DNA of 64,000 bases from Candidatus Zixiibacteriota bacterium (lineage in GTDB: Bacteria > RBG-13-66-14 > B26-G2 > WVWN01), in NCBI GenBank assembly GCA_050117845.1, contig JASFLY010000007.1:42130-106129 (forward strand), written 5' to 3'. The notes beneath the pieces are model-generated. The model searched no databases. It worked only from the letters and a program-made list of their open reading frames with translations, and was not told where the DNA came from. A program made the position numbers and the translations under genes. Positions 44,980-54,177 of this stretch are shown piece after piece. Each line of letters starts with the position of its first letter. Position 1 is the first letter of the stretch.

Positions 44980-45531
44980 ATGAACAAAAAACTCGACGAA
45001 AACCGGCGTCGGGCGGAGGGGATTACCGCCGAAGCGGCGCGCGTGTTTTATGTCGGCCTATACGCAAAAGCGCTCACGCTGTTCGACGAAGCCATTGCCC
45101 TGGACAACGAAGTCGTCAGAGCGTATACCGGGAAGTCCTTAACGCTGGCCCAACTCGGGCGGCCGGCCGAAGGCCTGGCTAGCGCCGAAAAAGCGGTGGG
45201 CCTGGAGCCGACGAACGCGACCGCTTATACCGCCCTCGCCCTATGCTTGCACCGTCTGGGCCGCACGGCCGAGGCCGAAGCCGCGTACGCCCGGGCGTTC
45301 GAAATCGACCCGGAACACCCTCGGGTATTGTACAATTACGCGTGTTTCCGGTCCGAACTCGGCGACGAGGACGCTTGCCGCGAATATATAACGCGGGCGT
45401 TCCGCCACGTAGATGCCGAAGCTATCACGAATTCCCGTTTCGACCCGGACCTGGCGCGATACATTAATACCGATTGGTTCCGGGAACTCCTGGCCCAAGC
45501 GAAAAAACGTCAAGCCGGGAACGAAGATTGA
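44980..45531 (+). CDS. TPR protein (TPR end-of-group type C-terminus)
   Basis: TPR repeats; LYNYACF..ELGD..CREY..RAF..FDPDL. Confidence 0.85.
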   Translation: MNKKLDENRRRAEGITAEAARVFYVGLYAKALTLFDEAIALDNEVVRAYTGKSLTLAQLGRPAEGLASAEKAVGLEPTNATAYTALALCLHRLGRTAEAEAAYARAFEIDPEHPRVLYNYACFRSELGDEDACREYITRAFRHVDAEAITNSRFDPDLARYINTDWFRELLAQAKKRQAGNED

Positions 45532-45596
45532 AGACGCCACACGCCGTAATCTTTACCCGTCTCGCAATCTATACCGGATACGGAAATAAGGAAGAC

Positions 45597-46175
45597 ATGT
45601 CGAAACAACGCCGAGACCCGCGTGAAGAATCGGCGGCGCTCGCCGCCGACGCCGCCATCCACTTTCACAACGGCCGATACAGCCAGGCGCTGGAAATGTT
45701 CGACCGCGCCATCGCCCTGGACGATACGAACGTCCGCGCCTTCGGCGGCCGGAGCCTCGTTATGGTCCAACTGGGGCAACCGGCCGCGGCTATCCACAAC
45801 GCCGAACTGGCGCTGGGTCTCGACCCCTCGTATGCCCCCAATTATACCGTCCTGGCGTACTGCTACCATCGCCTGGGCCGGGAGAAAGAGGCCCAGGAAA
45901 CGTTCGAGAAAGCCCTCGCCCTCCAACCCAACGAACCGCGGGTTCTCTACAACTACGCCTGCTACTGGGCCGAACTCCGCGACGAGGAGAAATGCCGAAC
46001 TTACCTGGAACGGGCTTTTCACCACGTCGCGTACCACACGCTCGAACACGCCCCCAACGACCCGGACCTGGCGATATACGCCAAGTCCGAATGGTTCCGG
46101 GAGTTGTTGGCCAAGGCGAAGCAAGCGCGGCGCAACCGCCGCGGCCCGGAGGAAACCCCGGGCGACCATAGGTAA
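45597..46175 (+). CDS. TPR protein, tandem paralog of 44980-45531
   Basis: Start MSKQRR (45597); PRVLYNYACY..NDPDL..WFRELLA shared with the neighbour. Confidence 0.85.
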   Translation: MSKQRRDPREESAALAADAAIHFHNGRYSQALEMFDRAIALDDTNVRAFGGRSLVMVQLGQPAAAIHNAELALGLDPSYAPNYTVLAYCYHRLGREKEAQETFEKALALQPNEPRVLYNYACYWAELRDEEKCRTYLERAFHHVAYHTLEHAPNDPDLAIYAKSEWFRELLAKAKQARRNRRGPEETPGDHR

Positions 46176-46220
46176 AACGGTTTCCGCCGTCTCAATTACG
46201 GACGGCCGACGTCGAAACGA

Positions 46221-46248
46221 AAACGCCCCGGTTAAAAGCCGGGGCGTT
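46221..46248. terminator. Bidirectional terminator
   Basis: AACGCCCCGGTT-aa-AAGCCGGGGCGTT between convergent genes. Confidence 0.65.
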
Positions 46249-46279
46249 ATTACGTGTTTTCGGTGGAGGCCGCTGGACG

Positions 46280-47587
46280 CTAGAAACTATACGCCAACGT
46301 AATCCGGTGGCCGCCCACGTCCACGACGTCGCTCAACGTCATAAACGTCGAAATCTTGTCTATGGATATCGTGCCCTCGACGTAATCGTAGTTGAAGGAC
46401 CACCGGTCGTTCGGCCTATAGCAGGCGCCGGCGAACATCGTATTCCGGGGGAACGCCAGGATGTTTTGACGCCATCCCGCTTTGGCGGACACGTCCTCGG
46501 TCAACCACCGCTCCAGGCCAACTTGTGAATAAGTCCAGGTCTCGCTGAAACGATACTCCCCGGTTATCCGTCCCCGCGAGGAGAGCGTGTCCAGGTCCAC
46601 CTTCCGGAGGCCGACGTTGTAGTCGAACGCCAAGGTCGTCCTATCGTCCGGGTAAAGCGCGAAACCCGGCATAATGCCGAGATCCAATTCGCTACCCTCG
46701 GCGATATCGTAGTCGACGTCGTCGTCGGTAATCGTAATGCCGGGCGTCAGGCGCACGTCACAATTTACGCCGAACGCACATTTGGACCATAACAGGTTCC
46801 GGTAACCGGCCCTGCCGCCGAAGCGCATACCCGTGGCTTCGCCGCCGGCGACCGGACTGAACGGCTCCGTTAACTCGAGCCGGTTCTTGAGAATCTGGAC
46901 GCCCCCACCGACGTCGAAACGTGTCCCCCCCGAACGGTAAAATACGCCGCCCAGAATCTCGGCGTCGGTCAGGCCCAATTCGGCCGAGTATGAGTAGTCC
47001 GCTTCGTCCTCGGCCTTATGCGAAACCGTAGTATATTTACCGGAGAATCCCACCGCCCACGGGTTCATATCGAACGCCACGGCGCCACATACGTATTTTT
47101 CCGGAATGCTGAACGAGAACACTTCCCCTTCGGGGAAGTACCCCAGCTCCGGTATCGAAGTGCCCGAAAGCCCCAGGGAAACCTTGTCCCAATCAAGGCC
47201 CGCGCCGAATCCGAATACGGTCGTGCCCGACCGGAAGGCCGCGAACCCCGTGCCCCCCACCGCGGTATTGATGGTCAACTCGGCCGCCGATTCCCCCGGT
47301 TCCGCCGGAGAGCCCGGCTCAACGCTGCCGCCGTTCTCCGTGTATTTCACCGTCCCCAGCGACCAATCGCCGCCCACGTCGAATATCATCGTCGACATCT
47401 CGAAATACGCGAGTTTGGCCGGATTGACGGTATACGCCGACGTGGCGTTGTCCTCCGCGTTGAACCCCACGGTGGTGCCGCCGTCGAAAGAAGGGGCTGC
47501 GTAAACGAACCCGGTGCCGACGACAATCGCCAATAACGCAACCGGGCACCACTTCAGGCCCCGGCGACCGGTAACGAATAAGCTCAT
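46280..47587 (-). CDS. Putative outer-membrane beta-barrel protein
   Basis: Signal peptide, NPAKLA plug-like motif, alternating amphipathic strands, C-terminal HRITLAYSF. Confidence 0.7.
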   Translation of the reverse strand: MSLFVTGRRGLKWCPVALLAIVVGTGFVYAAPSFDGGTTVGFNAEDNATSAYTVNPAKLAYFEMSTMIFDVGGDWSLGTVKYTENGGSVEPGSPAEPGESAAELTINTAVGGTGFAAFRSGTTVFGFGAGLDWDKVSLGLSGTSIPELGYFPEGEVFSFSIPEKYVCGAVAFDMNPWAVGFSGKYTTVSHKAEDEADYSYSAELGLTDAEILGGVFYRSGGTRFDVGGGVQILKNRLELTEPFSPVAGGEATGMRFGGRAGYRNLLWSKCAFGVNCDVRLTPGITITDDDVDYDIAEGSELDLGIMPGFALYPDDRTTLAFDYNVGLRKVDLDTLSSRGRITGEYRFSETWTYSQVGLERWLTEDVSAKAGWRQNILAFPRNTMFAGACYRPNDRWSFNYDYVEGTISIDKISTFMTLSDVVDVGGHRITLAYSF

Positions 47588-47776
47588 ACCTGCCTCCTTA
47601 GTTAAAGTTGAACGTAATCAGATGTTAATTCCTCTACCCTTACACCCCAATATACCATCACGATATTATTTTATCAACTTAATTAGTGTACGAAAAACCG
47701 TTTCCGGTTACAGCCCGATTTCGAACGGGCCGGTCGGAAACGGCTTTGGTTAAATCTAAATTACGCTATTTTGTGA

Positions 47777-48313
47777 TTACAGGAACCAGAACGCGGCGCC
47801 GACGCGCACGGTTAAAAAAGCGCTCGTATCTTTGGCGTCGACCAAATGTTGATCCACGTCCGCGGTTATCGACCAGTCGTCGCCTACGGGGAAATCGCCG
47901 CCGACGGCGATGTTAGCGCCAAAATAAGCGTTGCTTTCCTCATCCCAGTATATACCGGGGCCGAGGCCGACGTAAATGGATTCGTACTTGCCCACCGGGC
48001 CGAAGTAATAGCGGGCGTCGGCATTTAAGTTAATGAGGTAGGTGTCGCCGTACGACTCACGGTCCTTCGAGCGGAATTTATTGTAACCGACCATGCCGTA
48101 CGCGAAAAAATCGTTACTATGGCTGATGCGGGTCCCGTAGCCCAACGTCCCGACGAAACCCATGCGGTAAGCGTCGCTGAAGTCGACGTCATCCGGCAAC
48201 GATAGGCCGAGTCCGAGAGAGCCGAAATTCCTGAGTTCGCGTTCGGCCGCGGAAGGGCTAATAAAACCGAACGCTATGACTGATAGACCTAAGATAACAA
48301 CGATACGCTTCAT
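47777..48313 (-). CDS. Small outer-membrane beta-barrel protein (8-strand type)
   Basis: Signal peptide, amphipathic strands, ends VRVGAAFWFL. Confidence 0.7.
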   Translation of the reverse strand: MKRIVVILGLSVIAFGFISPSAAERELRNFGSLGLGLSLPDDVDFSDAYRMGFVGTLGYGTRISHSNDFFAYGMVGYNKFRSKDRESYGDTYLINLNADARYYFGPVGKYESIYVGLGPGIYWDEESNAYFGANIAVGGDFPVGDDWSITADVDQHLVDAKDTSAFLTVRVGAAFWFL

Positions 48314-48490
48314 ATTCCATACTCCTTGTTTGGTTCCACGTTCTCTATCACATAACTACGACGCCGCGACGGGCGCCGATAATTAGTCCTTTGGGAGCCG
48401 TTTTTAGTTTAACGAATTCAATAACCCCCTTACCAAAGCGAGCCGGCAAAGGGGTAGGTCGCGGGTTTGATTGGCTTTTATCCGAAACGT

Positions 48491-49240
48491 TTAGAACGTG
48501 AAACTAGGGCCGACGACGACATAATGCAGCATCGCGAAGTTATAAACCTCGTCTACGTCGGCGCCCCCTTCCAGCATCCGGTAACCGGCGTTGAGGCCGA
48601 CCTCCTTATGGATCCGGTAGCGCACGGCTACCAGCACGTCTTCGGCTCGGCCCTGCGGCGCGGCCAGCGCATCGCCGTCTACGCGGAAGGTCCACTTTTC
48701 CGCGAAGGCCCACGTTAAGGCGAAATTGATGAGCGGCACCGCGCCGGTGTTCGCCTCTTCGGCCTCCACCCCGCCGCTCTCCAACGTTATCGCGGCGTCC
48801 CGGACTTTCGCCGTCACCCCCAGGCCGAAGCGAAGCGACGGACGGCGCACGAAATCGTAGCGGTACGTGAGCCGATACGAATCAAAACGGTACGTCGCAT
48901 CGATGGGGACGCCGGCCGGTATTTCCAATTCATTGAAGACGACCGGCCTGTCCAACGCGCCGGCGGCTTCAATTTGTAACGGCGCGGCGAGCGCCATAAT
49001 CGAATGCCGTTCCCCGAAAGTGTACCCGCCACGGACGCGATAAAAAAACGCCGGGTCGGCATCCAGATCGCTCGACAACGAAATGTCGCTGCCCCGTTCG
49101 TTGGGGACGCGGACGTCGTTATAGCCGCTGAAGACGGGGCCCAATTCGACGTCCACCGACCAGCCGGCCACCGCGGCCGTAACGCCCCAGACGAACAAAC
49201 ACGCGGCTGTCCCCAGTAACCTCGTAAGCATAAAAACCAC
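48491..49240 (-). CDS. Putative outer-membrane beta-barrel protein
   Basis: Signal peptide, YRLTYRYDF, AGYRMLEGGAD, C-terminal Phe. Confidence 0.7.
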   Translation of the reverse strand: MVFMLTRLLGTAACLFVWGVTAAVAGWSVDVELGPVFSGYNDVRVPNERGSDISLSSDLDADPAFFYRVRGGYTFGERHSIMALAAPLQIEAAGALDRPVVFNELEIPAGVPIDATYRFDSYRLTYRYDFVRRPSLRFGLGVTAKVRDAAITLESGGVEAEEANTGAVPLINFALTWAFAEKWTFRVDGDALAAPQGRAEDVLVAVRYRIHKEVGLNAGYRMLEGGADVDEVYNFAMLHYVVVGPSFTF

Positions 49241-49259
49241 TTCCCCCGTAGGGCCGTCG

Positions 49260-52200
49260 TCAGTTTACTTTACGGCCTAGTAAATAGTACATGGGTACGG
49301 CGCCGAACGCGGCGAGACGCACCTCGCCCCGCGCCTCGAATTCGAACTTATTTTTTAACCCTTCGTAAACGGCTTCCGATACGTTAATCCGCCCCGGTTC
49401 GCCCTCGTCGTTGAGGCGGGAGGCGAAGTTAACTGTCTCGCCCCACACGTCGTAGACCATCCGCCAACCCTTCACCAGGCCGGCGATGCACGGGCCGACG
49501 TGGACGCCGACGCGAACCTGCCAGTCACGCGTACCGACGAACTTGAGAATGTCTATCGCGGCGTCGGCGCATTCCTCGAGTTGGTTGGATTCGGCGAAGA
49601 GGCCACCGGCATACATATAGCCGTCCCCCACAGTCTTGAGTTTCTCGAGGCCGCAGTCCCGCACGACCAGGTCGAACGCGTGGAAATAGGCCGAGAGTTT
49701 CGTCAAAAGCGCTTTGTGGTTGACGCGGGACGATATGCGGGAGAACCCGACGACATCCACGAATACGATCGTCGCCTCGGAAACCAGGCGGGGCGGCGAG
49801 GTACTGGTCTCGTCCAGTTCGGTGATAACCTGTTCCGGGAGGATATTACGCAACAGGTCGTCCGCCCGCCGGTGTGCAATTTCCAATTGCCGCGTGCGCA
49901 GTTCCAGCTCCGCCTCGGTCCGCTTCTGGTCCGTTATATCCAGCGCCACGCCGATGGTTAATTTATATTCGCCGTTCTCGTCCAACAGCGGAGTGGACGA
50001 GACGAGAACGTCGCGAAGCTCGCCGTCCTTACGCTGCATCCGAACCTCGTACTTGGTGGAACGGCGCTCGTCCCTCTTCGCCCGGGTCGCCTCCAGCGTC
50101 TTGGGAATCTCGCCCTCGGGTATAAGGTCCCGGATGTTCATCTCGACCAGTTCCGCCCGCGTGTATCCCAGGATATTGCAATAGGCCTGGTTCACGAAGA
50201 GTATGTTCTCCTCGCCGTCCACGATGGCGAACCCGTCGTGGATGGTTTCAACGAGGCTCCGGTAACGCTCCTCGCTGTCGCGGACGGCCTTGAGGTCCCG
50301 GGCCCGCTTGACGGCTATCTCGGCCTGGCGGGCGAAGACGGTCAGTTTCGCCAAATCGTCGTCGTCGAATCCGCCGCCCTCCTGGCTTATGGTCAGCACC
50401 CCCAGGACGTTCCCGGCGTTGAACATCGGTACGGCCATAACGGATTGGTTGTCGTCCTCGTCGGAATCCGTTCCGGGAATATGGGCGGATAGGTCGTCGT
50501 CGGCCCCGACGTTTACGTATTGCCCCTTCCCGTCCCGGGCGACGCGGCCGGTAAGGCCTTCGCCCGGCCTAAGCGTAAACGCCATAATGGCGTCGCGGTC
50601 CTTGGCCGAACTCGCGTAGATGGGCGCCAGTACGCCCCTTTCGTAATCCAGGAGGTAGACGGTGCAATCGACGGCGCCGAGCAGGGCCATAGCCTGGTCG
50701 GCGATTTGGCGGAGAACTTCGTCCAACTCCGTCTGGTCGGCAAGGGCCTGGGTGGTGTCGTAGAGGCGGCGGTAAGTCTCCTCGCTCTTCCTAATCTCCG
50801 CCTCGGCTCGTTTCCTTTCGCCGATCTCGCGCTGGAGTTTGACGTTGGCGACGCGGAGTTCTTCCGTCCGTTCATCCACCAGGGCCTCGAGTTGATGGCG
50901 ATACCGATCCAATTCCTCTTCGGCACGTTTCTGCTCGGTGACGTCGCGGCTGAAGTAGGCCAACGTTGTAACCGCGCCGTCATCCCCTACGATGGGGTAG
51001 AAATCGTTCTCGTACACCCCCCCGGGGAATTCGTCGCAGAAGCTTATCGCTTCGCCGGCCCGGAGGACCTCATCGAAACGACCCCGGCGCGACCGGGCCA
51101 AAGCCGGCGGCAGATAATCGGCAAAAGGTCGCCCAATAACCTCGGCGACAGGAACGCCTACGCGACGGGCGGTGGGATCGTTTATCTCCTCAATGGCCGC
51201 CGCCGGGTCGACGAGGAACGCGAACGGCGTTCGCGCCACGGCTAGCGCCCCGGATGCGTCGCCCGCGAGGAGAAACTCCTCGACGGCCTGGAATTCGTTC
51301 TCGGCAGTCGATTCGTCTTCGATTTTAACTTGGGCTTCGATACGCCAACTGAAGATGGCGATACGCGCCACCGTGTCGGCCTCGTCCTTCAAGGGGCAGT
51401 AATAATTCCTGTAGCGGACGCGCCCCCGCGTCTCTTGGAAGTGTACCGGCTTCCCGGTCTTGACGGCTTTCTGGGCCGCCGCCCGCCTTTGTCCCGCGAC
51501 GGCCTCGGGTAGCACCGTCCATAATGACCGGCCTCGCAACTCTTCCTCCGGAAGCCGCGTCCGCGAACGGGCCGTCTCGTTAAAATTCAAAACCTCCCCG
51601 TCGGTATTTATCAGGAACGCGACGTTGGCGGGAGCGTTCAACAGGACGCGGGAAGTCTCTTCGTTTTCGCGCCGGGCCCTCTCTATCCTTTTATTCCTAA
51701 TTGACGAACCCAACTCCGAGGCGGTAGTTTCGACGAAGGACATCGTATGCCGGTCTGCCTCGGAGAGGGTGAGGCTCAGAATACCGATGATCCCGCCTTC
51801 GCACGAAATCGCGGCGTTCACCACCGACGCTTCGGCGGCGTTTTCCGTCTCTTTCGCCGTTTGCGCCCAATCGTCCAGGAAAACGGCAACGGGTGAAGAG
51901 AGAACAAGTTGAACGTGCGGGTCGGCCGGGTCCAGTATTTCCCGTTCCCGGTAAATCTCGGGCGAGGGGCCGAAGGCTTTGGCCAACCGCAGGTAGTCAC
52001 GCCCCTCGCTGAAGAGGTAAATGCCGCCGGCGATGACGCCTGTGTTGTCGGCCAGGAAATTGGCGGCCGAGGACACGAGCCGCTCCAGGTCCGGAGCGCT
52101 GTTTATCGCCTTGGATATCGCGTTCAAACCTTCCAGGGCGCGAATGTGGCGCTTCAATTCGTACTCGACCCGTTTCGACTCGGTTACGTCCTCGGCGGCG

Positions 52201-54035
52201 CCGATGAAACGAGTTATCCTCCCTTCCGCCGTCGTGGCCGGAATGAGTTTTATTTTAAAATGTCGCTCCTTGCCTTTCGGGCCGAAACTCGTCTCGTACG
52301 TGTGGGTTTCCCTGGCCGATAATTCCCGAAACCTCTTTTGGATAGCCTCGAATTGATCCGGCGTGGCTATGTCCTCGATGCGCCGGCCGTTATAGAAGTC
52401 GGCGTTTTTACCCTCGACCGCGGCGAAGGCGTCGTTGACCCGTTCGTAATACAGGTCTCCGTTCTCGGCCACGCGGACGGACCACAACAGGACGTCGACG
52501 TTGTCCACGAGCGCCTGAAGGTCGCCGGCGGCTGACGCCGCGTCCAAGCGATGCCGGTCGCGCTCCTCCTCCGCCCTAACTCGCTCCGTAATATCGCTTA
52601 CTACGCCGTCGAAATACGACGTTTTAACGTCGGCCCCCGGTACGGCCTGCGCCGTTATGGACGCCATGAAAGAACTCCCGTCGCGGCGATTCAACCGGAC
52701 TTCATAGTCCCGAATAACACCGTCAGCCGTCAGAGTTTCGACGAATTGCCGACGGCTCTCCGCGTCGGGGAAAAGATCGCCGAAGCTGGTATCGGCGGCC
52801 TGACTCATCGTCCCGTAGCCGAACATACGAATCATCGCCGGGTTCGCCGACAGGATACGGCCCTCGGTATCGGCGGTCGACCGGAAAACCCCCACCGGAA
52901 TATTGGCCTGAAGGGTCCGATAACGTTCCTCCGAAGCCCGTACGGCTTCCGTCAAAAGGCAATGCTTAACCGCCTGGCCGATGACGTTCGCCATGGCCTT
53001 ACCCAAATCGAAATCCTGACGCGAGAACGGTTTCTCCCTCATCAGGGACAACGTCCCCAGGATTTCACCCGTTTCATCGAGAAAAGGTATGCCCAGAAAT
53101 GATTGCCGGCCGAAATGCTTCGCCACGGGCTTTACGAACTTGCGGAGGGGACTGTCGGGCGTAACCATCGACGCCAACAAATCGGCGAGGTCGACGTGCA
53201 CGACCGACGCGTCGATCTCGAAATCCACGTTACAAACCGTAGGCCGGTTCGTCCATATGGTCTCCGCGATTACCGAGCCCTCGTAGAGAGGTATACGCCA
53301 TCCGGCGTAACCCCGGCCTATCAGTTTTTCCACGAAGCCGAGTAGGCCCGTGTCCATATTGTGGGCCCGAACGTCGAGGAATCTCCCGCCGTCGTCGAGT
53401 AGGTTCACGCTCACGTACGCCGGGAAGAGGCCCGACAGATTCCCGACGGCGGCGGCCAAGGCCGCGTCGACCGAACTTTTCCCTATCAACTCGGCGGTCA
53501 GTCGAGCCAGGACCGCACTCTCCTGCGCACGCCGTTCCCGGGCTTCGCCCGCCTTCCGCCGTTCCGTAATATCCTCGATGACGCCGTCGAAATACGCGAT
53601 TTCGCCGTCGGTCGAAGGGACGGCTCGGGCGCTAATTGAACCCCAGAACGTCCCGCCGTCCCGACGGCGGAATAGGACCTCGTAATCCGCGATAACGCGG
53701 GCCGAGGTCACGGTCTCCCGGAACTTACGACGGTCCCCCCGGTTGACGTACAGGTCCGAAACCCGTAACCCCGACATATCGTCGGCGCTTTCGTAACCGA
53801 ACATCCGGGCCAAAGCCGGATTCGCAGATAATATCCGGCCGGCGGGGTCGGCGGACGTACGGAATACGCCGACCGGGATATTGTCGTGCAACGAGCGGAA
53901 CCGCTCCTCCGAAGCTTCCCGGGCCTCCAATGCCCGTTTCCTCTCCGCTTCGGACGCGTCCAACTCCAACGCGACACGCCGCAGACGCGTTAGTTCCTCT
54001 AAAAGCTCGTCTTCCGTTTTTCGTTTATCGGACAC
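49260..54035 (-). CDS. Class III adenylate cyclase with about 6 PAS and 3 GAF domains
   Basis: IVFVDVVGFS, EKLKTVGDGYM, RVGVHVGP, YDVWGETVNFASRL (K/D residues typical of adenylate specificity); repeated PAC ends DITE/DVTE. Start placed at GTG 54035, below the terminator; the ORF track extends to 54476. Confidence 0.9.
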   Translation of the reverse strand: MSDKRKTEDELLEELTRLRRVALELDASEAERKRALEAREASEERFRSLHDNIPVGVFRTSADPAGRILSANPALARMFGYESADDMSGLRVSDLYVNRGDRRKFRETVTSARVIADYEVLFRRRDGGTFWGSISARAVPSTDGEIAYFDGVIEDITERRKAGEARERRAQESAVLARLTAELIGKSSVDAALAAAVGNLSGLFPAYVSVNLLDDGGRFLDVRAHNMDTGLLGFVEKLIGRGYAGWRIPLYEGSVIAETIWTNRPTVCNVDFEIDASVVHVDLADLLASMVTPDSPLRKFVKPVAKHFGRQSFLGIPFLDETGEILGTLSLMREKPFSRQDFDLGKAMANVIGQAVKHCLLTEAVRASEERYRTLQANIPVGVFRSTADTEGRILSANPAMIRMFGYGTMSQAADTSFGDLFPDAESRRQFVETLTADGVIRDYEVRLNRRDGSSFMASITAQAVPGADVKTSYFDGVVSDITERVRAEEERDRHRLDAASAAGDLQALVDNVDVLLWSVRVAENGDLYYERVNDAFAAVEGKNADFYNGRRIEDIATPDQFEAIQKRFRELSARETHTYETSFGPKGKERHFKIKLIPATTAEGRITRFIGAAEDVTESKRVEYELKRHIRALEGLNAISKAINSAPDLERLVSSAANFLADNTGVIAGGIYLFSEGRDYLRLAKAFGPSPEIYREREILDPADPHVQLVLSSPVAVFLDDWAQTAKETENAAEASVVNAAISCEGGIIGILSLTLSEADRHTMSFVETTASELGSSIRNKRIERARRENEETSRVLLNAPANVAFLINTDGEVLNFNETARSRTRLPEEELRGRSLWTVLPEAVAGQRRAAAQKAVKTGKPVHFQETRGRVRYRNYYCPLKDEADTVARIAIFSWRIEAQVKIEDESTAENEFQAVEEFLLAGDASGALAVARTPFAFLVDPAAAIEEINDPTARRVGVPVAEVIGRPFADYLPPALARSRRGRFDEVLRAGEAISFCDEFPGGVYENDFYPIVGDDGAVTTLAYFSRDVTEQKRAEEELDRYRHQLEALVDERTEELRVANVKLQREIGERKRAEAEIRKSEETYRRLYDTTQALADQTELDEVLRQIADQAMALLGAVDCTVYLLDYERGVLAPIYASSAKDRDAIMAFTLRPGEGLTGRVARDGKGQYVNVGADDDLSAHIPGTDSDEDDNQSVMAVPMFNAGNVLGVLTISQEGGGFDDDDLAKLTVFARQAEIAVKRARDLKAVRDSEERYRSLVETIHDGFAIVDGEENILFVNQAYCNILGYTRAELVEMNIRDLIPEGEIPKTLEATRAKRDERRSTKYEVRMQRKDGELRDVLVSSTPLLDENGEYKLTIGVALDITDQKRTEAELELRTRQLEIAHRRADDLLRNILPEQVITELDETSTSPPRLVSEATIVFVDVVGFSRISSRVNHKALLTKLSAYFHAFDLVVRDCGLEKLKTVGDGYMYAGGLFAESNQLEECADAAIDILKFVGTRDWQVRVGVHVGPCIAGLVKGWRMVYDVWGETVNFASRLNDEGEPGRINVSEAVYEGLKNKFEFEARGEVRLAAFGAVPMYYLLGRKVN

Positions 54036-54126
54036 AATGATACTTTTCCGGATAAAAACCGGCCGCGCCAACCTTCCCCCACTACCGTGAATGATTGTAA
54101 TACGGCCGGCCCCCGGACGCAAATAG

Positions 54127-54152
54127 AAAAACCGCCCGGTCGGGCGGTTTTT
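54127..54152. terminator. Intrinsic terminator between the PAS-only gene and the cyclase
   Basis: AAAAACCGCCCG-gt-CGGGCGGTTTTT. Confidence 0.75.
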
Positions 54153-54177
54153 GCTTTCCTCACAAGTACCCCGGGAC

